Positions 30,139 to 40,241 are shown, counted from the stretch's first letter. The stretch: DNA of 64,000 bases from an uncultured Acidimicrobiia bacterium (GCA_963786955.1 CAWBAT010000005.1:544001-608000), one strand, 5' to 3'. Numbers and translations are program-made. Notes: generated by a model from the letters alone, not told the origin.

Positions 30139-31386
30139 ATGAGCATTGAAGCAAACTACATCCTTGGTGCAATTGCCATTGGTATTGGCTCAACTCTGGT
30201 CATGGACCTTTGGAATCTGTTACTGAAGTGTACGTTCAACATTCCATCGCTCAACTACAGTTTGCTCGGACGCTGGCTTCGCTACATGTCGGGGGACACT
30301 TTTAGGCATGCGAGTATCACCGCTGCGCCACAGAAACCCTTTGAGTGCACGGTTGGCTGGATTGCCCACTACACTATTGGTGTCGTGTTCGCGGTGGCGG
30401 TCTTGACTCGTCCACTTCTTGGAGAACAGGCGGCATGGCGCGATCCCGCGCCGCACAGAGTCCGCTTCGTCACCGTAGAACCCGGTGTCACTCTAGAAAC
30501 TCTCGACTGGGGCGGAAAGGGCCGGCCGGTCGTATTGCTAGCCGGATACAACACGGCACATATTTACGACCACTTCGCCACCAAGCTCTCTCAGGACTGT
30601 CATGTGTACGGAATTACGCGACGGGGCTTTGGGGCATCCAGCGCGCCTGATGACGGCTACGGCGCTCAACGCTCCGCGGATGACGTGTTAACGGTGCTGG
30701 AGCGCCTTCGGATCATTAAGCCGGTACTGGTGGGCCATTCCTTCGGAGGCGGGGACTTGAACCTGATCGGCGCGGAACATCCTGAGCGAATCTCTGGCCT
30801 CGTGTATCTGAATTCGGGAGAGGATGCGACTCTGGGTTCAGGGATCTGGAAGAAAATCGGCGTGGATCCAGCCGAGCTGGAAAACGTCAGGAACAAACTT
30901 CCATCGAGTGTCAGGAACACGGAATCCGAGCCGAAACACGCATCCTTTGCCGAGTATCAGGCGTGGCAGATTCGTGCGCACGGCGCGGCGATGCCGGAAT
31001 CGGAGTTGCGGCAACTCTATTCGGTCACTGCTGATGGATCAGTGGCCAAGTACAACGTGCCAAACCGGATTCGCGATGCGATCTTCCGAGGTTCTGTGAA
31101 ACCCGACTTTGGGCGTATCCGTGTCCCGGCGTTGGCACTGTTCCCGGGGGCACTTCCGTTGGAGCAAGAAGTAGCGAGGTGCAGGCCGCAGAACCAGGAG
31201 GAGCGTGCTGCAGTAGAGAGAATGCTCGCCATCAATCAAGCCATAGCATGGGAACATCAGGAAGAGTTGAGAGGTGTGCCTGGAATTCGTGTGCGCGAAT
31301 TGCAGGCCGCCAACTTTTACATCTGGCTTTCGAATGAATCGGAAGTGCTGCGCGAAGTGCGGTCTTTCCTCAAGGGGGTGCATTGA
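30139..31386 (+). CDS. Chimeric ORF: DUF2938-like N-terminal part fused to an alpha/beta hydrolase
   Basis: GIGSTLVMDLW...LGRW...GWIAHY, then LETLDWGG, TRRGFGAS, GHSFGG. Confidence 0.75.
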   Translation: MSIEANYILGAIAIGIGSTLVMDLWNLLLKCTFNIPSLNYSLLGRWLRYMSGDTFRHASITAAPQKPFECTVGWIAHYTIGVVFAVAVLTRPLLGEQAAWRDPAPHRVRFVTVEPGVTLETLDWGGKGRPVVLLAGYNTAHIYDHFATKLSQDCHVYGITRRGFGASSAPDDGYGAQRSADDVLTVLERLRIIKPVLVGHSFGGGDLNLIGAEHPERISGLVYLNSGEDATLGSGIWKKIGVDPAELENVRNKLPSSVRNTESEPKHASFAEYQAWQIRAHGAAMPESELRQLYSVTADGSVAKYNVPNRIRDAIFRGSVKPDFGRIRVPALALFPGALPLEQEVARCRPQNQEERAAVERMLAINQAIAWEHQEELRGVPGIRVRELQAANFYIWLSNESEVLREVRSFLKGVH

Positions 31387-31421
31387 CCCCTCTCGACCCG
31401 AGACCGAGTTCACAAGCCGCG

Positions 31422-31482
31422 GCCCAACTCGTGCTTGCAGCCGACGCCAAAAAGCAGCGCGGCTGAAGCGGGATTGTTGAGC
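31422..31482 (+). mobile_element. attC site
   Basis: GCCCAAC...GCTTGCAGCCGACGC...GCGCGGCTGAAGC...GTTGAGC. Confidence 0.8.
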
Positions 31483-31651
31483 GCCAGAGAAGGCTGTGAG
31501 TGTCGACGTTGTCTACCGCGGTCGTTGAATCGGAGGCCCGGGCCTTACGCAGGCGCTAATTGAACTCCTCGTCTGTGAGCAACGGGTTCATGTTTGCGGC
31601 GGTCGTGAAGCGAAAGAACAAGCCGTAAGAAGGCCGGGCGAGCAAAGGCCA

Positions 31652-32245
31652 ATGAAACAAAACAGAAAGGCAAAGACAGAAATGCAAAGAGCAAAAGACA
31701 TGAAAGCAAAACAACGTGAAGAACTACTCAGAGCATTGAAAGCCCGTTTTGAGAAAAACATGAACCGCCATAAAGGTCTTGAATGGGCTAAAGTACAAGC
31801 AAAGCTGGAAGCGAATACTGAAAAACTGTGGTCACTCAATGAAATGGAGAGAACCGGCGGTGAACCGGATGTTGTTGGTTATGATAAAAAGACGGGCGAA
31901 TACATTTTTTATGATTGTTCAGCGGAAAGTCCTAAAGGCCGCAGAAACGTTTGTTATGACCGTGAAGCGCTGGAGTCAAGGAAAGAATTTAAACCAAAAG
32001 ATACCGCTATGGATATGGCAGCTGCCATGGGCATCGAGATTTTAACGGAAGAACAATATCGAGAGTTGCAGAAACTTGGAAATTTCGATACGAAAACGTC
32101 GAGCTGGTTGAAAACACCTTCTGAAATTAGAAAACTCGGCGGCGCCATCTTTGCCGATCGTCGCTACGACCATGTCTTCGTGTATCACAACGGTGCGGCC
32201 TCTTACTATGGCGTCAGGGGGTTCCGTGGCTCGCTAAGGGTCTAA
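31652..32245 (+). CDS. DUF4256 family protein
   Basis: LKARFEKNMNRH, MERTGGEPDV, DCSAESPKGRR, FDTKTSSW, YHNGA.SYY..RGFRG; locally AT-rich; start uncertain. Confidence 0.8.
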   Translation: MKQNRKAKTEMQRAKDMKAKQREELLRALKARFEKNMNRHKGLEWAKVQAKLEANTEKLWSLNEMERTGGEPDVVGYDKKTGEYIFYDCSAESPKGRRNVCYDREALESRKEFKPKDTAMDMAAAMGIEILTEEQYRELQKLGNFDTKTSSWLKTPSEIRKLGGAIFADRRYDHVFVYHNGAASYYGVRGFRGSLRV

Positions 32246-32321
32246 ATTTTGCACAGACAGCTAAATTTGAATTGAGAACGGATCACGCAAAAGAGAGGAA
32301 TGCAAAAGACAAGGTCTTGTC

Positions 32322-32391
32322 CGTAAACATCGGCTGGCAACTTGAAGCGCGCACTGGCGCCGCGCGCTTCTCTCAACTCGCCTTGTCCAAG
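32322..32391 (+). mobile_element. Degenerate attC-like hairpin
   Basis: TAAAC...GAAGCGCGC-loop-GCGCGCTTC between two cassette-like genes; R' box is poor. Confidence 0.4.
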
Positions 32392-32403
32392 GAGGTAGGT
32401 CCT

Positions 32404-32646
32404 ATGCCCGGTAAAGCGTCCAAGTCGAAAGCATTCGTCAAGCTCCACGCGGACGGGAGCGTATGGGCTCGCGGTCAAACAGTGGATGGCGTTCCCACAG
32501 GATATTGGGAGTGGTTTCGCAAGGACGGAGTGCGAATGCGTTCAGGCTATTTCGAGTCTGGAGAACAAGTTGATCAATGGACGACGTACGACAAGCGTGG
32601 CGCGGTATACAAAGTGACCAACATGAAGCCGAAAGTAAAGGCCTGA
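32404..32646 (+). CDS. Small MORN-like repeat (YwqK-like) protein
   Basis: GGAGGT RBS; G..WARG...G.WEWFRKDG..MRSG.F..GEQV..WTTYD. Confidence 0.7.
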   Translation: MPGKASKSKAFVKLHADGSVWARGQTVDGVPTGYWEWFRKDGVRMRSGYFESGEQVDQWTTYDKRGAVYKVTNMKPKVKA

Positions 32647-32830
32647 AGATCCCAGGCCACATTCAGCGGTTGCTATGAGATCGATCCGGCGCATCAGCTT
32701 TTTGAAGAAGAGAGGCCCTTCCCCAGCGCCTCTGCTAAACCGGCAGTCTGACACAGCGTAGATCACCGGTACTGTCTCGAGGCCATCGCAGCCTTCGAAT
32801 TGTTCACGCGCCGTTGATAGGATCGTTTCC

Positions 32831-32901
32831 GTCAAACACGCCTTGCAGCCGACGGTTCCCGCGCACCTGTCCCGGCAAAGGTTATCGGCAGATCGTTAGG
32901 C
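32831..32901 (+). mobile_element. attC site (degenerate)
   Basis: GTCAAAC...TTGCAGCCGAC...TCGGCAG..GTTAGGC. Confidence 0.6.
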
Positions 32902-33116
32902 CATGACTTTCACACTGCCACGGTGATATGATTTTCCTTGTTGAGTCCAACCCTCTTTCGGGACAGAGGCTTCCGTTTCCAGTTATTCTCCCGTGAAGAA
33001 GCACGCTGCAATTGCAGGTTCACAGTCCCAAAAGTGAAACTAAATTCTGGCTAGAACTCAAGATCGAGCTGACTCAGAACTACGGGTTAAACTTGACCGT
33101 TCTATTGAATCAGCGA

Positions 33117-34382
33117 ATGCGGAAGTTGATGCCACAGATCGGCGAGAGTTGGCTAACGAGCCCTACAGTGACGAGACCGACCTATGCGGAGAGCGTGCTC
33201 CCGGCCGGGGCTGCAAACGCGGTGTCGTTGCCATCTGTCTGGGTGCGCAGTCCAGCTTGGGACGGGTTCTGGATGCTGAGTGCGCTCTGGCTGGCGCCGA
33301 TCATCCTGTGGCTTTGCCATGGGTATTCCAACCCGGAGGACAGCCCGCTCGATCTGCTTTACTTCGGCCTAACCGCGCTGTTCTGGATCGGTCATCGCCT
33401 GTCCAGCACATACCTCGCTTATTGCACAGAGGCCTATCGGCCTCTGTTGCGATCGCAGCCGGTCCGGTTCGTCGTCCTCCCGTTGCTAGTAACGGCCGGG
33501 TGCTTTGCTGTCTTTCTTCCGTCGGACACGGCGTTACCATGGAGTCGCGAAGACCGTTTGGTGGCGGTTGCAATCCTCGATTACGTTTTTGTGACGTATC
33601 ACTTTGCCGCACAGCATTTCGGCGCCCTCTCGCTCTACCGCACGCGGGTCGGTCGCAACACCTGCACTTATACAAGAAATATGGACCGGCTCTTCGCGCT
33701 GGGCGTCGGTGGCGTTCTCGTCTTCCTGGCAGACATCCTGGCTGGAGCGGTCGCCTATCAGGACCAATGGGTCGATCGGTGGGTTTTCCCCGCCTGGCTT
33801 GTTTCGGCGCAGGAGGGAATCCGCGCAGGCGCTACAATCACCCTGCTCGCCGCAACAGCTGCAATGCTTTTTGTAGAACTGCGCTCGCCGCGATGGTCGC
33901 TCCCGCGCCTGCTTTACGTTCTGGGAATCGCGGCCATGGTCGCCCTTGCTCTCCGCCCGCGGAGTCTGTTTCTTTTCCTGGTAATCTGGACTTCGCAGCA
34001 CTGGATTCTCGCGACGGGGCTCGCTTCCCAAACGCCGATCGGTGAGCCGGCTCCCGTGCGCGGTGTTGGACGGCGGGTGCTCCACGCATTGAACACGCGG
34101 CCGTGGGCCATTTTGGCGCTCCTTGTGGTTGCGTCGGTCATGCTCTTGCCCCTCTTCGAAGTCGAAGCGATCGGGCAGAATGGAACATATTATGGGGAAC
34201 GGATATTCGGCGCTATCGCGACGGGATTGCGTACGTCTTCATGGGTTCCTGCACTCCTGGCCCTCGGCTTCGCGACCGGGTTCATCCACTATCTTCTCGA
34301 CCGGAGCGTCTATCGAATGTCAAGCCCCCAAATCCGCACCGCGGCTCGTGGTCTTCTCGCCGGGACCGGCAAAACAGTATGA
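33117..34382 (+). CDS. Hypothetical polytopic membrane protein
   Basis: About 10 TM segments with conserved-looking His motifs (WIGHR, YHFAAQHFG, SQHW, HYLLDR); start uncertain. Confidence 0.75.
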   Translation: MRKLMPQIGESWLTSPTVTRPTYAESVLPAGAANAVSLPSVWVRSPAWDGFWMLSALWLAPIILWLCHGYSNPEDSPLDLLYFGLTALFWIGHRLSSTYLAYCTEAYRPLLRSQPVRFVVLPLLVTAGCFAVFLPSDTALPWSREDRLVAVAILDYVFVTYHFAAQHFGALSLYRTRVGRNTCTYTRNMDRLFALGVGGVLVFLADILAGAVAYQDQWVDRWVFPAWLVSAQEGIRAGATITLLAATAAMLFVELRSPRWSLPRLLYVLGIAAMVALALRPRSLFLFLVIWTSQHWILATGLASQTPIGEPAPVRGVGRRVLHALNTRPWAILALLVVASVMLLPLFEVEAIGQNGTYYGERIFGAIATGLRTSSWVPALLALGFATGFIHYLLDRSVYRMSSPQIRTAARGLLAGTGKTV

Positions 34383-34450
34383 CGCAGAAAAATCACGAGC
34401 AAACCGGAGAAGTTGATAAGAAGAAGAGCTTGAACTGCCTCGCGCCAGCG

Positions 34451-34516
34451 GTCTAACGAAAACGTGCACGCCGATCGCTACAAAAGCGCTGCGGCTGCGC
34501 TGGCAATCCATCAGGC
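34451..34516 (+). mobile_element. attC site (degenerate)
   Basis: GTCTAAC start, imperfect hairpin, ATCAGGC at the position expected for GTTAGGC. Confidence 0.45.
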
Positions 34517-35088
34517 CGCGTCCGAGGCAGTCGTCTGCGAAGCGCGAGTGTTAATGAGGAGTATCCGCTATGGAGCACGACACAGGCGCATCATCGCTGC
34601 CACCGGAACTTGTGCTCATCTTCCCGGCTGCGTTGTCTGCGTGTCAGCGGTTATCATGCGCCACCTTGCAGCCGCTGCACTGCGAGCCGGCGCGTACCTG
34701 CACTTCAGCAGATTGTCACGTGGTATTCGGCTCGGTATTGGACGCTCTGGGTACTTCTGATCGGCCTTACACAGTTTTTCCTGCGATGCTCGCCGGATGC
34801 GTGAAGTTGATTCGGAACTGGACCGCGTTCCTGACCCGCGGACGGGCCGCTACGGACAACCGTCGGTTGCGATCCTCTCGGACCCTGCGACACGAATTAT
34901 CACAGTAGCAATACCTGGCGGCGGGGGCGATCCTCCGGCGCCGTTGTCGCCTGCACATGCTTGCGGACTGACGGAGTCGTAAGCTTCACGCCTCGGAAAC
35001 AACTAATCCTGCCGAAGGGAGTGCCGCTCCTTTGCTCAAGTCCTGCTCCTCAAGATGCGAGTTACGTTCCAAGCTGCTCCGAGAGGAG

Positions 35089-35300
35089 GTTCTGGGTGCT
35101 TTCAGCAACCTTCCTTGAGTAGCAAGATAAGTCAAATATTGGGCGATGCCTGACTCGCGCAAGGTGCTGGGGTAGCGCTTGTCATGAAATAGAACGAATC
35201 GCTTGGACCAATGGACATACGCCTGCTCGGTGCGGGTACTTCAGTGCCATGTTCTGAAGATCCCCCTCATTTGATCAAGGAGTTTGAGATTTTCATCCAT
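35089..35300 (-). pseudogene. intI: Integron integrase 5' remnant (copy 2)
   Basis: MDENLKLLDQMRGIFRTWH*STRTEQAYVHWSKRFVLFHDKRYP...IAQYLTYLA, then a frameshift to KVAESTQN; no catalytic domain. Confidence 0.88.
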
Positions 35301-35397
35301 AGTTGCTCGAATTAGACAGAATTCTGAACATGGGAATCGATGGGATTGTTTCTGTCTACAATAATGAGCTTAAAATAGAAATATCTTCTGATATTTT

Positions 35398-35426
35398 TTG
35401 ACTTAAGAAAGTGATTGGCCAATACT
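35398..35426 (+). promoter_or_regulatory. Putative cassette promoter Pc (copy 2)
   Basis: TTGACT-17 bp-AATACT. Confidence 0.45.
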
Positions 35427-35478
35427 GCAGAAGGCAATTAAAGAGAAAACTCGCGAATATTGCAAAGTGCGATATTCA

Positions 35479-35497
35479 CCTTAATCATTAGTTAGAG
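35479..35497 (+). mobile_element. attI site (copy 2)
   Basis: CCTTAAT-CATTA-GTTAGAG at the end of a ~300 bp block homologous to 29015-29318. Confidence 0.75.
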
Positions 35498-35510
35498 CCT
35501 CGGAACCAGC

Positions 35511-36008
35511 GTGGGCCGCCGCTACGGGCGCAGTCGAAACGGGGAGGACGCAGTATGGGGCTTGAAGAATCGGTTGAGGTCACGGGCTAAAGTGCCAGCG
35601 CGGCTTGAGGGTGATGCGCTAGCGGCCGAAATCGAGTGCTGCAAGGCGGCCGCCGTAAGAAGCGGAATACCGCAGAAGGTAGTCAAGTTCTATGGCGACG
35701 GCTTGAAGTATTTTCGCGCTTGGTGGGCGAGCCCAGAGAATAGACGTTGGGTGACTCCAGGTGTCAAGATCGTCGACGTTGGGTCGTGGGATAACGGGTT
35801 CACTTTCGAATATGCGGGACCGCTGCCGCTTTGTTTTCAAGTCCAGACAGCAGGCATATTCCGACGGCGACGGCATCCCGAAGACGTTGACCTCTGGGTT
35901 GAGCGACGGTATCGTTTGCGAAATCGACTGCATCGAATGTCCGGACCAGCACACCAGTGGATTGGATTTCGAAACGCAGACAGGATTAATCGCAGGCCCA
36001 GAAACTGA
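35511..36008 (+). CDS. Hypothetical cassette protein
   Basis: ORF starts 13 bp after attI; no recognisable motif. Confidence 0.45.
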   Translation: MGRRYGRSRNGEDAVWGLKNRLRSRAKVPARLEGDALAAEIECCKAAAVRSGIPQKVVKFYGDGLKYFRAWWASPENRRWVTPGVKIVDVGSWDNGFTFEYAGPLPLCFQVQTAGIFRRRRHPEDVDLWVERRYRLRNRLHRMSGPAHQWIGFRNADRINRRPRN

Positions 36009-36228
36009 ATTGCTCGGCAAACTCGCCGACGAAGGTCAAGCTCACGCTAAGGAGATGTCGAGGATCAGTGGAGCCGAATCAAGCGCAAGTTGGCGGAAGA
36101 CTCGCGAACGAAGTTTGGTGTCTGATGGTTCCAGTGCGGGCGAAGCCGCCGCGCATCAGCGTTCAGGGTCACGAAAGGACCTTGATTCTGACTAGCGCCA
36201 TCGTCCTCCGCAGAGACTGAACACACTG

Positions 36229-36762
36229 ATGGCCGCAGTCATTGTCAAATCGTTGGATGAACTCTTTGCGGCGCTCGCGGCTGCGCGCGCCGCAAGGTCG
36301 ATCCGACTGCTTGGCATGGATGGCGAGAACGGCGTCGGGAAGACGACTCTTGCGACGGCGCTCGGTCCAGGGATTCTCGCAAAGACAATCCACCTGGACT
36401 CGCTTCTTGAAAAGGACAAAGGTGGGTTCACGGACTTCATCGACGTAGTACACCTCGCGAAGGAAGTTGAGGAGGCGCTCGCGTCGTCGACCCTCGTCGT
36501 CGTAGAGGGGGTGTGCCTTCTTGCCGTATTGAACGGATAGGCGGCACCCTGACGCACTGATCATGTTCGTCGCGTCGCGTCGTCACGGACACTGGTACAG
36601 CAAGGAGCTTCTTGATGAGATCCCGAGGACGGCGATCCAGAAGAAAGGCTCCGAAGGCGTAATCCTCCACCTTTGGTGATGGAGATCGTCCGGTATCACA
36701 AGGCCTTCTGCCCCGTCTCGCTCGCGGACATCTTGTTCGACGGGTGCAGATCCGATGATTGA
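36229..36762 (+). pseudogene. P-loop nucleoside/nucleotide kinase-like cassette gene, disrupted
   Basis: GMDGENGVGKTT Walker A, IHLD, VVEG; stop at 36540 while coding-like sequence continues up to the attC. Confidence 0.55.
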
Positions 36763-36768
36763 GCGGCT

Positions 36769-36826
36769 AGCTAACCCTTCATTGCCACGGATTTCCTTCG
36801 GCAACCGCTGAACTCAAACAATAGGC
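36769..36826 (+). mobile_element. attC site (R' mutated)
   Basis: AGCTAACCCTTCATT...CCTTCGG...CCGCTGAACTCAAAC AATAGGC, a typical short attC layout. Confidence 0.7.
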
Positions 36827-36891
36827 GTCATGGTCGACACTGCCGCCATTTCAAGTCCTAGTCGAAATCGTCATTGACGGAGGCCTAACCA

Positions 36892-37334
36892 ATGCCACGA
36901 GTAAGCACCTATCTGAACTTTTCTCGCTCCACGGAAAAAGCATTTGTCTTCTACCAATCTGTTTTCGGGAGGGAGTTCGCTGGTCCCATTCACCGATTCG
37001 GCGCAGTTCCTGCGGCGCCAGGGCAGCCACCGTTAGCCGAGTCCGACAAGAAGCCTCGTCATGCCACATCGAACTCCCAATCCTTGGCGGCCATGTTTTG
37101 ATGGGCACTGATGCTCCAGAGTACTATGGGCTTCTCGTTGACACAGGGCAATAACGTCTAAATCAATATTGAGCCGGATACCCGCGCTGAGACAGACAAA
37201 CTTTTCAATGCCCTATCTGATCAACGGGAAAGTCGAGATGCCCTTGCAGGACATGTTCTGGGGAGGCTACTTCGGCAGCCTTACCGATACAGTTCGGGAT
37301 CCGCTGGATGTTCAACTGCGCCAGTAAGACCTAA
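36892..37334 (+). pseudogene. VOC/PhnB family glyoxalase-like gene, frameshifted
   Basis: TYLNF...AFVFYQSVFG; later frames give LMGTDAP, VEMPLQDMFWGGYFGSLTD and RWMFN; internal stop and shifts. Confidence 0.75.
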
Positions 37335-37533
37335 GTGCCCCACGTGCTATAGAGTTTGGAATGACGAATTCAAAACAAATCGCGGGATTGATCGGTCCAA
37401 CTATTATTGGTATTGCGCTCACTATATCCGAAGCGATGAATCTTCAGATCTGGGCGAACAATATCGCTCCTGTCACTTATCTCATCAGTGCCTGGATTAA
37501 ATGGAATTGAGTTTTGGGGAGCATAACGTGCAA

Positions 37534-37911
37534 ATGAAATCTATCTGGGCCGTGGTTGCGGGCGTGATCTTCATCCTCGTTTCCACGACCCTTGTCGACA
37601 TCGCTCTTCACGTAACCGGCGTCTTCCCGCCTATGGACCAGCCGATCAACGACGCCCTCGCCCTGCTTGCAACCTCCTATCGCATCGCCATCAGCGTCTC
37701 CGGCGCCGGGCTTACAGCCCGGCTGGCACCGGATAAGCCCATGAAGCACGCGATGATCCTTGGCTATATGGGCATTGTCTTGGGCCTTGTGGGCGTCGTA
37801 GCAACCTGGAACTTGGGGCTCGGACCCAGGTGGTACCCGATCTCGCTCGTCGCGCTGGCGATACCGCAATGCTGGGCTAGTGGCAGGATCTACGAGATGC
37901 AGGCGGGCTAG
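37534..37911 (+). CDS. Small four-TM hypothetical cassette protein
   Basis: MKSIWAVVAG...ARLAP.KPMKHA...GPRWYP; followed by an attC. Confidence 0.75.
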   Translation: MKSIWAVVAGVIFILVSTTLVDIALHVTGVFPPMDQPINDALALLATSYRIAISVSGAGLTARLAPDKPMKHAMILGYMGIVLGLVGVVATWNLGLGPRWYPISLVALAIPQCWASGRIYEMQAG

Positions 37912-37955
37912 CGCTGAAGGTTGATTTTGATTCAGCGAATCGGCGACGGGGTGCC

Positions 37956-38020
37956 GCATAACAAGCCGTTGTAGACTGACGGGCGCTGCGCGCCCGCAGC
38001 TTAACGGCGGGAGGTTAGGC
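37956..38020 (+). mobile_element. attC site
   Basis: GCATAAC..GCCGTT..CTG(A)CGGGCGC-tgc-GCGCCCGCAG..AACGGC..GTTAGGC. Confidence 0.8.
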
Positions 38021-38184
38021 CGATCAGATACCCAATATTGATCATTACGGCAGTGACGACCTTGTGCGTGCAACCGCTTATCGATTATTTTGTCTGAGAC
38101 GGGAGTGACTTCTGGAGATGTCGGCATCTAGACGGCTTAGGGATCTTGGGTCAGGTAGCTGACCTCACGACAAAGGCACTGGAG

Positions 38185-38940
38185 ATGGATACACTCACGG
38201 GTAAAGTAGCGATCATTACGGGCGGAGCGTCCGGCATCGGCAAGGCAGCGGCGGAGGTGTTGGCCGAGGCCAATCTGTCCGGCTTGACCATTGCGGACAT
38301 CGACGGAAAGGCGGCTGAGGAAGTCGCGACCGAGATCTGCCGCCGATTCGATACGGAGGCCATTGGCGTCGCCACAAACGTCGCTGTGGCCGCCGAAGTC
38401 GAGGCGATGTGCACCCTGACATTGGAGCATTTCCACCGGATCGATATTCTCGTGAACAACGCCGGCATTGCTCCGGTGGTCCCGTGGGCGGATGTGACGG
38501 AGGCCAACTGGCGGCACGTGCTGGATATCAATTTAAACGGGGCGTTGCTCTGTATGCTGGCCGTATTGCCGACCATGCAACGACAGCAGGCCGGCCGCAT
38601 TGTCAATATCTCCTCCGCCGGAGCGTTTCTCGGAAGTATCTGCGCACATCCCGCCTATGGCGTCGCGAAGGCGGGCCTGATCGCCCTGACCAAATCCGCG
38701 GCCAAGGCGTTTGCCACGGACGGCATCCTGGTCAATGCCGTCGCCCCGGGAAGTATTGACACGCCGATGGCCCAAAGCTTCGGCGAGGCGCAAGTGGAGG
38801 CATTTCGCCAAGCTGCCCCCCTGAAGCGCCAGGGTAGCCCGCGTGAAATTGCGGATGCTGTCTGGTATCTCGTGTCGGATCGATCCACTTATGTGACCGG
38901 CGCGACGTTGCATGTCAATGGGGGCTCGTTGTTAGTCTAA
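38185..38940 (+). CDS. Short-chain dehydrogenase/reductase
   Basis: TGGASGIG, NNAGI, YGVAK, NAVAPG. Confidence 0.88.
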   Translation: MDTLTGKVAIITGGASGIGKAAAEVLAEANLSGLTIADIDGKAAEEVATEICRRFDTEAIGVATNVAVAAEVEAMCTLTLEHFHRIDILVNNAGIAPVVPWADVTEANWRHVLDINLNGALLCMLAVLPTMQRQQAGRIVNISSAGAFLGSICAHPAYGVAKAGLIALTKSAAKAFATDGILVNAVAPGSIDTPMAQSFGEAQVEAFRQAAPLKRQGSPREIADAVWYLVSDRSTYVTGATLHVNGGSLLV

Positions 38941-39068
38941 TCAGTCCTGAACCCCATGGGATTCGGAGTCCACTGCATGTCAGGCCGGGCCTGGTGTGGA
39001 GTACGGTCGGGATTAAGAAGGCACACAATGTTCAGCAGGTCAGTCCGAGAGTGACCAAGGAGAGATCG

Positions 39069-39467
39069 ATGTCTAAATACGCTCAGTGCATTATTGAACC
39101 AGAGACCTTTCCCCTGTGGGAAGCACCGGATGTGTCGCGCTGTGTGACGCCGCTGATCACACCGGCGTCATGTGGATCCAAACAGATGGCGACGGGGCTG
39201 TGGCGACTATATCCCGGCCATGAATCGGATCCGGACATCCACCCTGATGCGGACGAGATTTACTACGTCGTCAGTGGCGAGGGGACACTCGTGTTGGGGG
39301 AGGAAACTTACACTGTGCGGAAGGGTATGACCGTCTTCATCCCCGCCAACGTGCCGCATCAGTCCTTCAACCGCGGAAAGGAAGATCTGGTCTATTACTT
39401 CGTCTTCGCCCCTCCGCCAAGTGGTCCTTCAAAGCAGGAGGCCCAGGGCTGGGTGAAATTGCGGTAG
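39069..39467 (+). CDS. Cupin-domain protein
   Basis: HPDADEIYYVVSGEG...FIPANVPH. Confidence 0.82.
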   Translation: MSKYAQCIIEPETFPLWEAPDVSRCVTPLITPASCGSKQMATGLWRLYPGHESDPDIHPDADEIYYVVSGEGTLVLGEETYTVRKGMTVFIPANVPHQSFNRGKEDLVYYFVFAPPPSGPSKQEAQGWVKLR

Positions 39468-39550
39468 GACGGGTGGCGGACAACCGGGAGATCGGCCTAT
39501 CCACCGCAACAGCCGATCTTCTCACTGCTTATTATTTCATGGTAACCGCT

Positions 39551-39958
39551 ATGTTCTTCAAAGACCTGAGCACCTGTGCCTACTTCGCCCGCGGCGTCAA
39601 CGTGCGGGCAATCGGTTGGCTGGAGGATGGTCACCCCTACCGCCAGGGCGAAGTGTCCGCCGAGTTCCTGGCCGTGCTCAAGGCGCAAATCGCCATTGCG
39701 TACCAGGCCGTTCACTTTTTGGGCTCCCATAGTTGCAGCTTGTGCCCGAAGGGCCAAGAGCGCACCGGCTTTCGCAACTTGTTGGTTCCCACCGGTGAAC
39801 TGCTGTATGTAGCGCCGGAGTTGGTGGTCCACTACATCGAGGGCCACGACTATCAGCCCCCTGAGGAATTTATGGTCGCGGTGATGGCTTGCCCGGAGCA
39901 GAATTCGGCCGCATTCCTGCAGTTGCTTCAGCCATTCGAGTACAGTTGGACAGTATAG
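39551..39958 (+). CDS. Conserved hypothetical cassette protein (HxCxxC; HY..H.Y.PP)
   Basis: AIGWL, GSHSCSLC, APELVVHYIEGHDYQPPEEF; stop abuts an attC. Confidence 0.7.
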   Translation: MFFKDLSTCAYFARGVNVRAIGWLEDGHPYRQGEVSAEFLAVLKAQIAIAYQAVHFLGSHSCSLCPKGQERTGFRNLLVPTGELLYVAPELVVHYIEGHDYQPPEEFMVAVMACPEQNSAAFLQLLQPFEYSWTV

Positions 39959-39959
39959 C

Positions 39960-40028
39960 GCTTAACAATTCGCTTGAGCGGATGCATGCCAAACACGGCG
40001 ACCACCGCTCAGTTCAAGGTCGCTAGAC
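39960..40028 (+). mobile_element. attC site
   Basis: GCTTAAC...TGAGCGG...CCGCTCA...GCTAGAC (one mismatch from GTTAGAC). Confidence 0.72.
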
Positions 40029-40241
40029 TGCTTTAATGGACAAGAGCCAGGATGCCAGTTGACCGTTTCAACCGACGGCTGAGTTACCTCTCTCTCTTTA
40101 TCACTCCGTTCCTCGTGTTCGTCGTGGGGGCCGTGCGCGCGCTGCGCATCTCAGGGGTGTATCACTCCCTTGAAGCAGTACTGATCACTGCTATCTCCGT
40201 GTCAGCGTGGAAACTTGACGGGTGGCGAAGACATGTGCGGT

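Noticed and set aside
33149-34045. 298 aa alternative-frame ORF and the many other overlapping ORFs in the track
   Set aside because: Shadow ORFs of GC-rich genes, without motifs.
34520-35010. Possible cassette gene before intI copy 2
   Set aside because: Only short fragments in different frames; no product can be supported.
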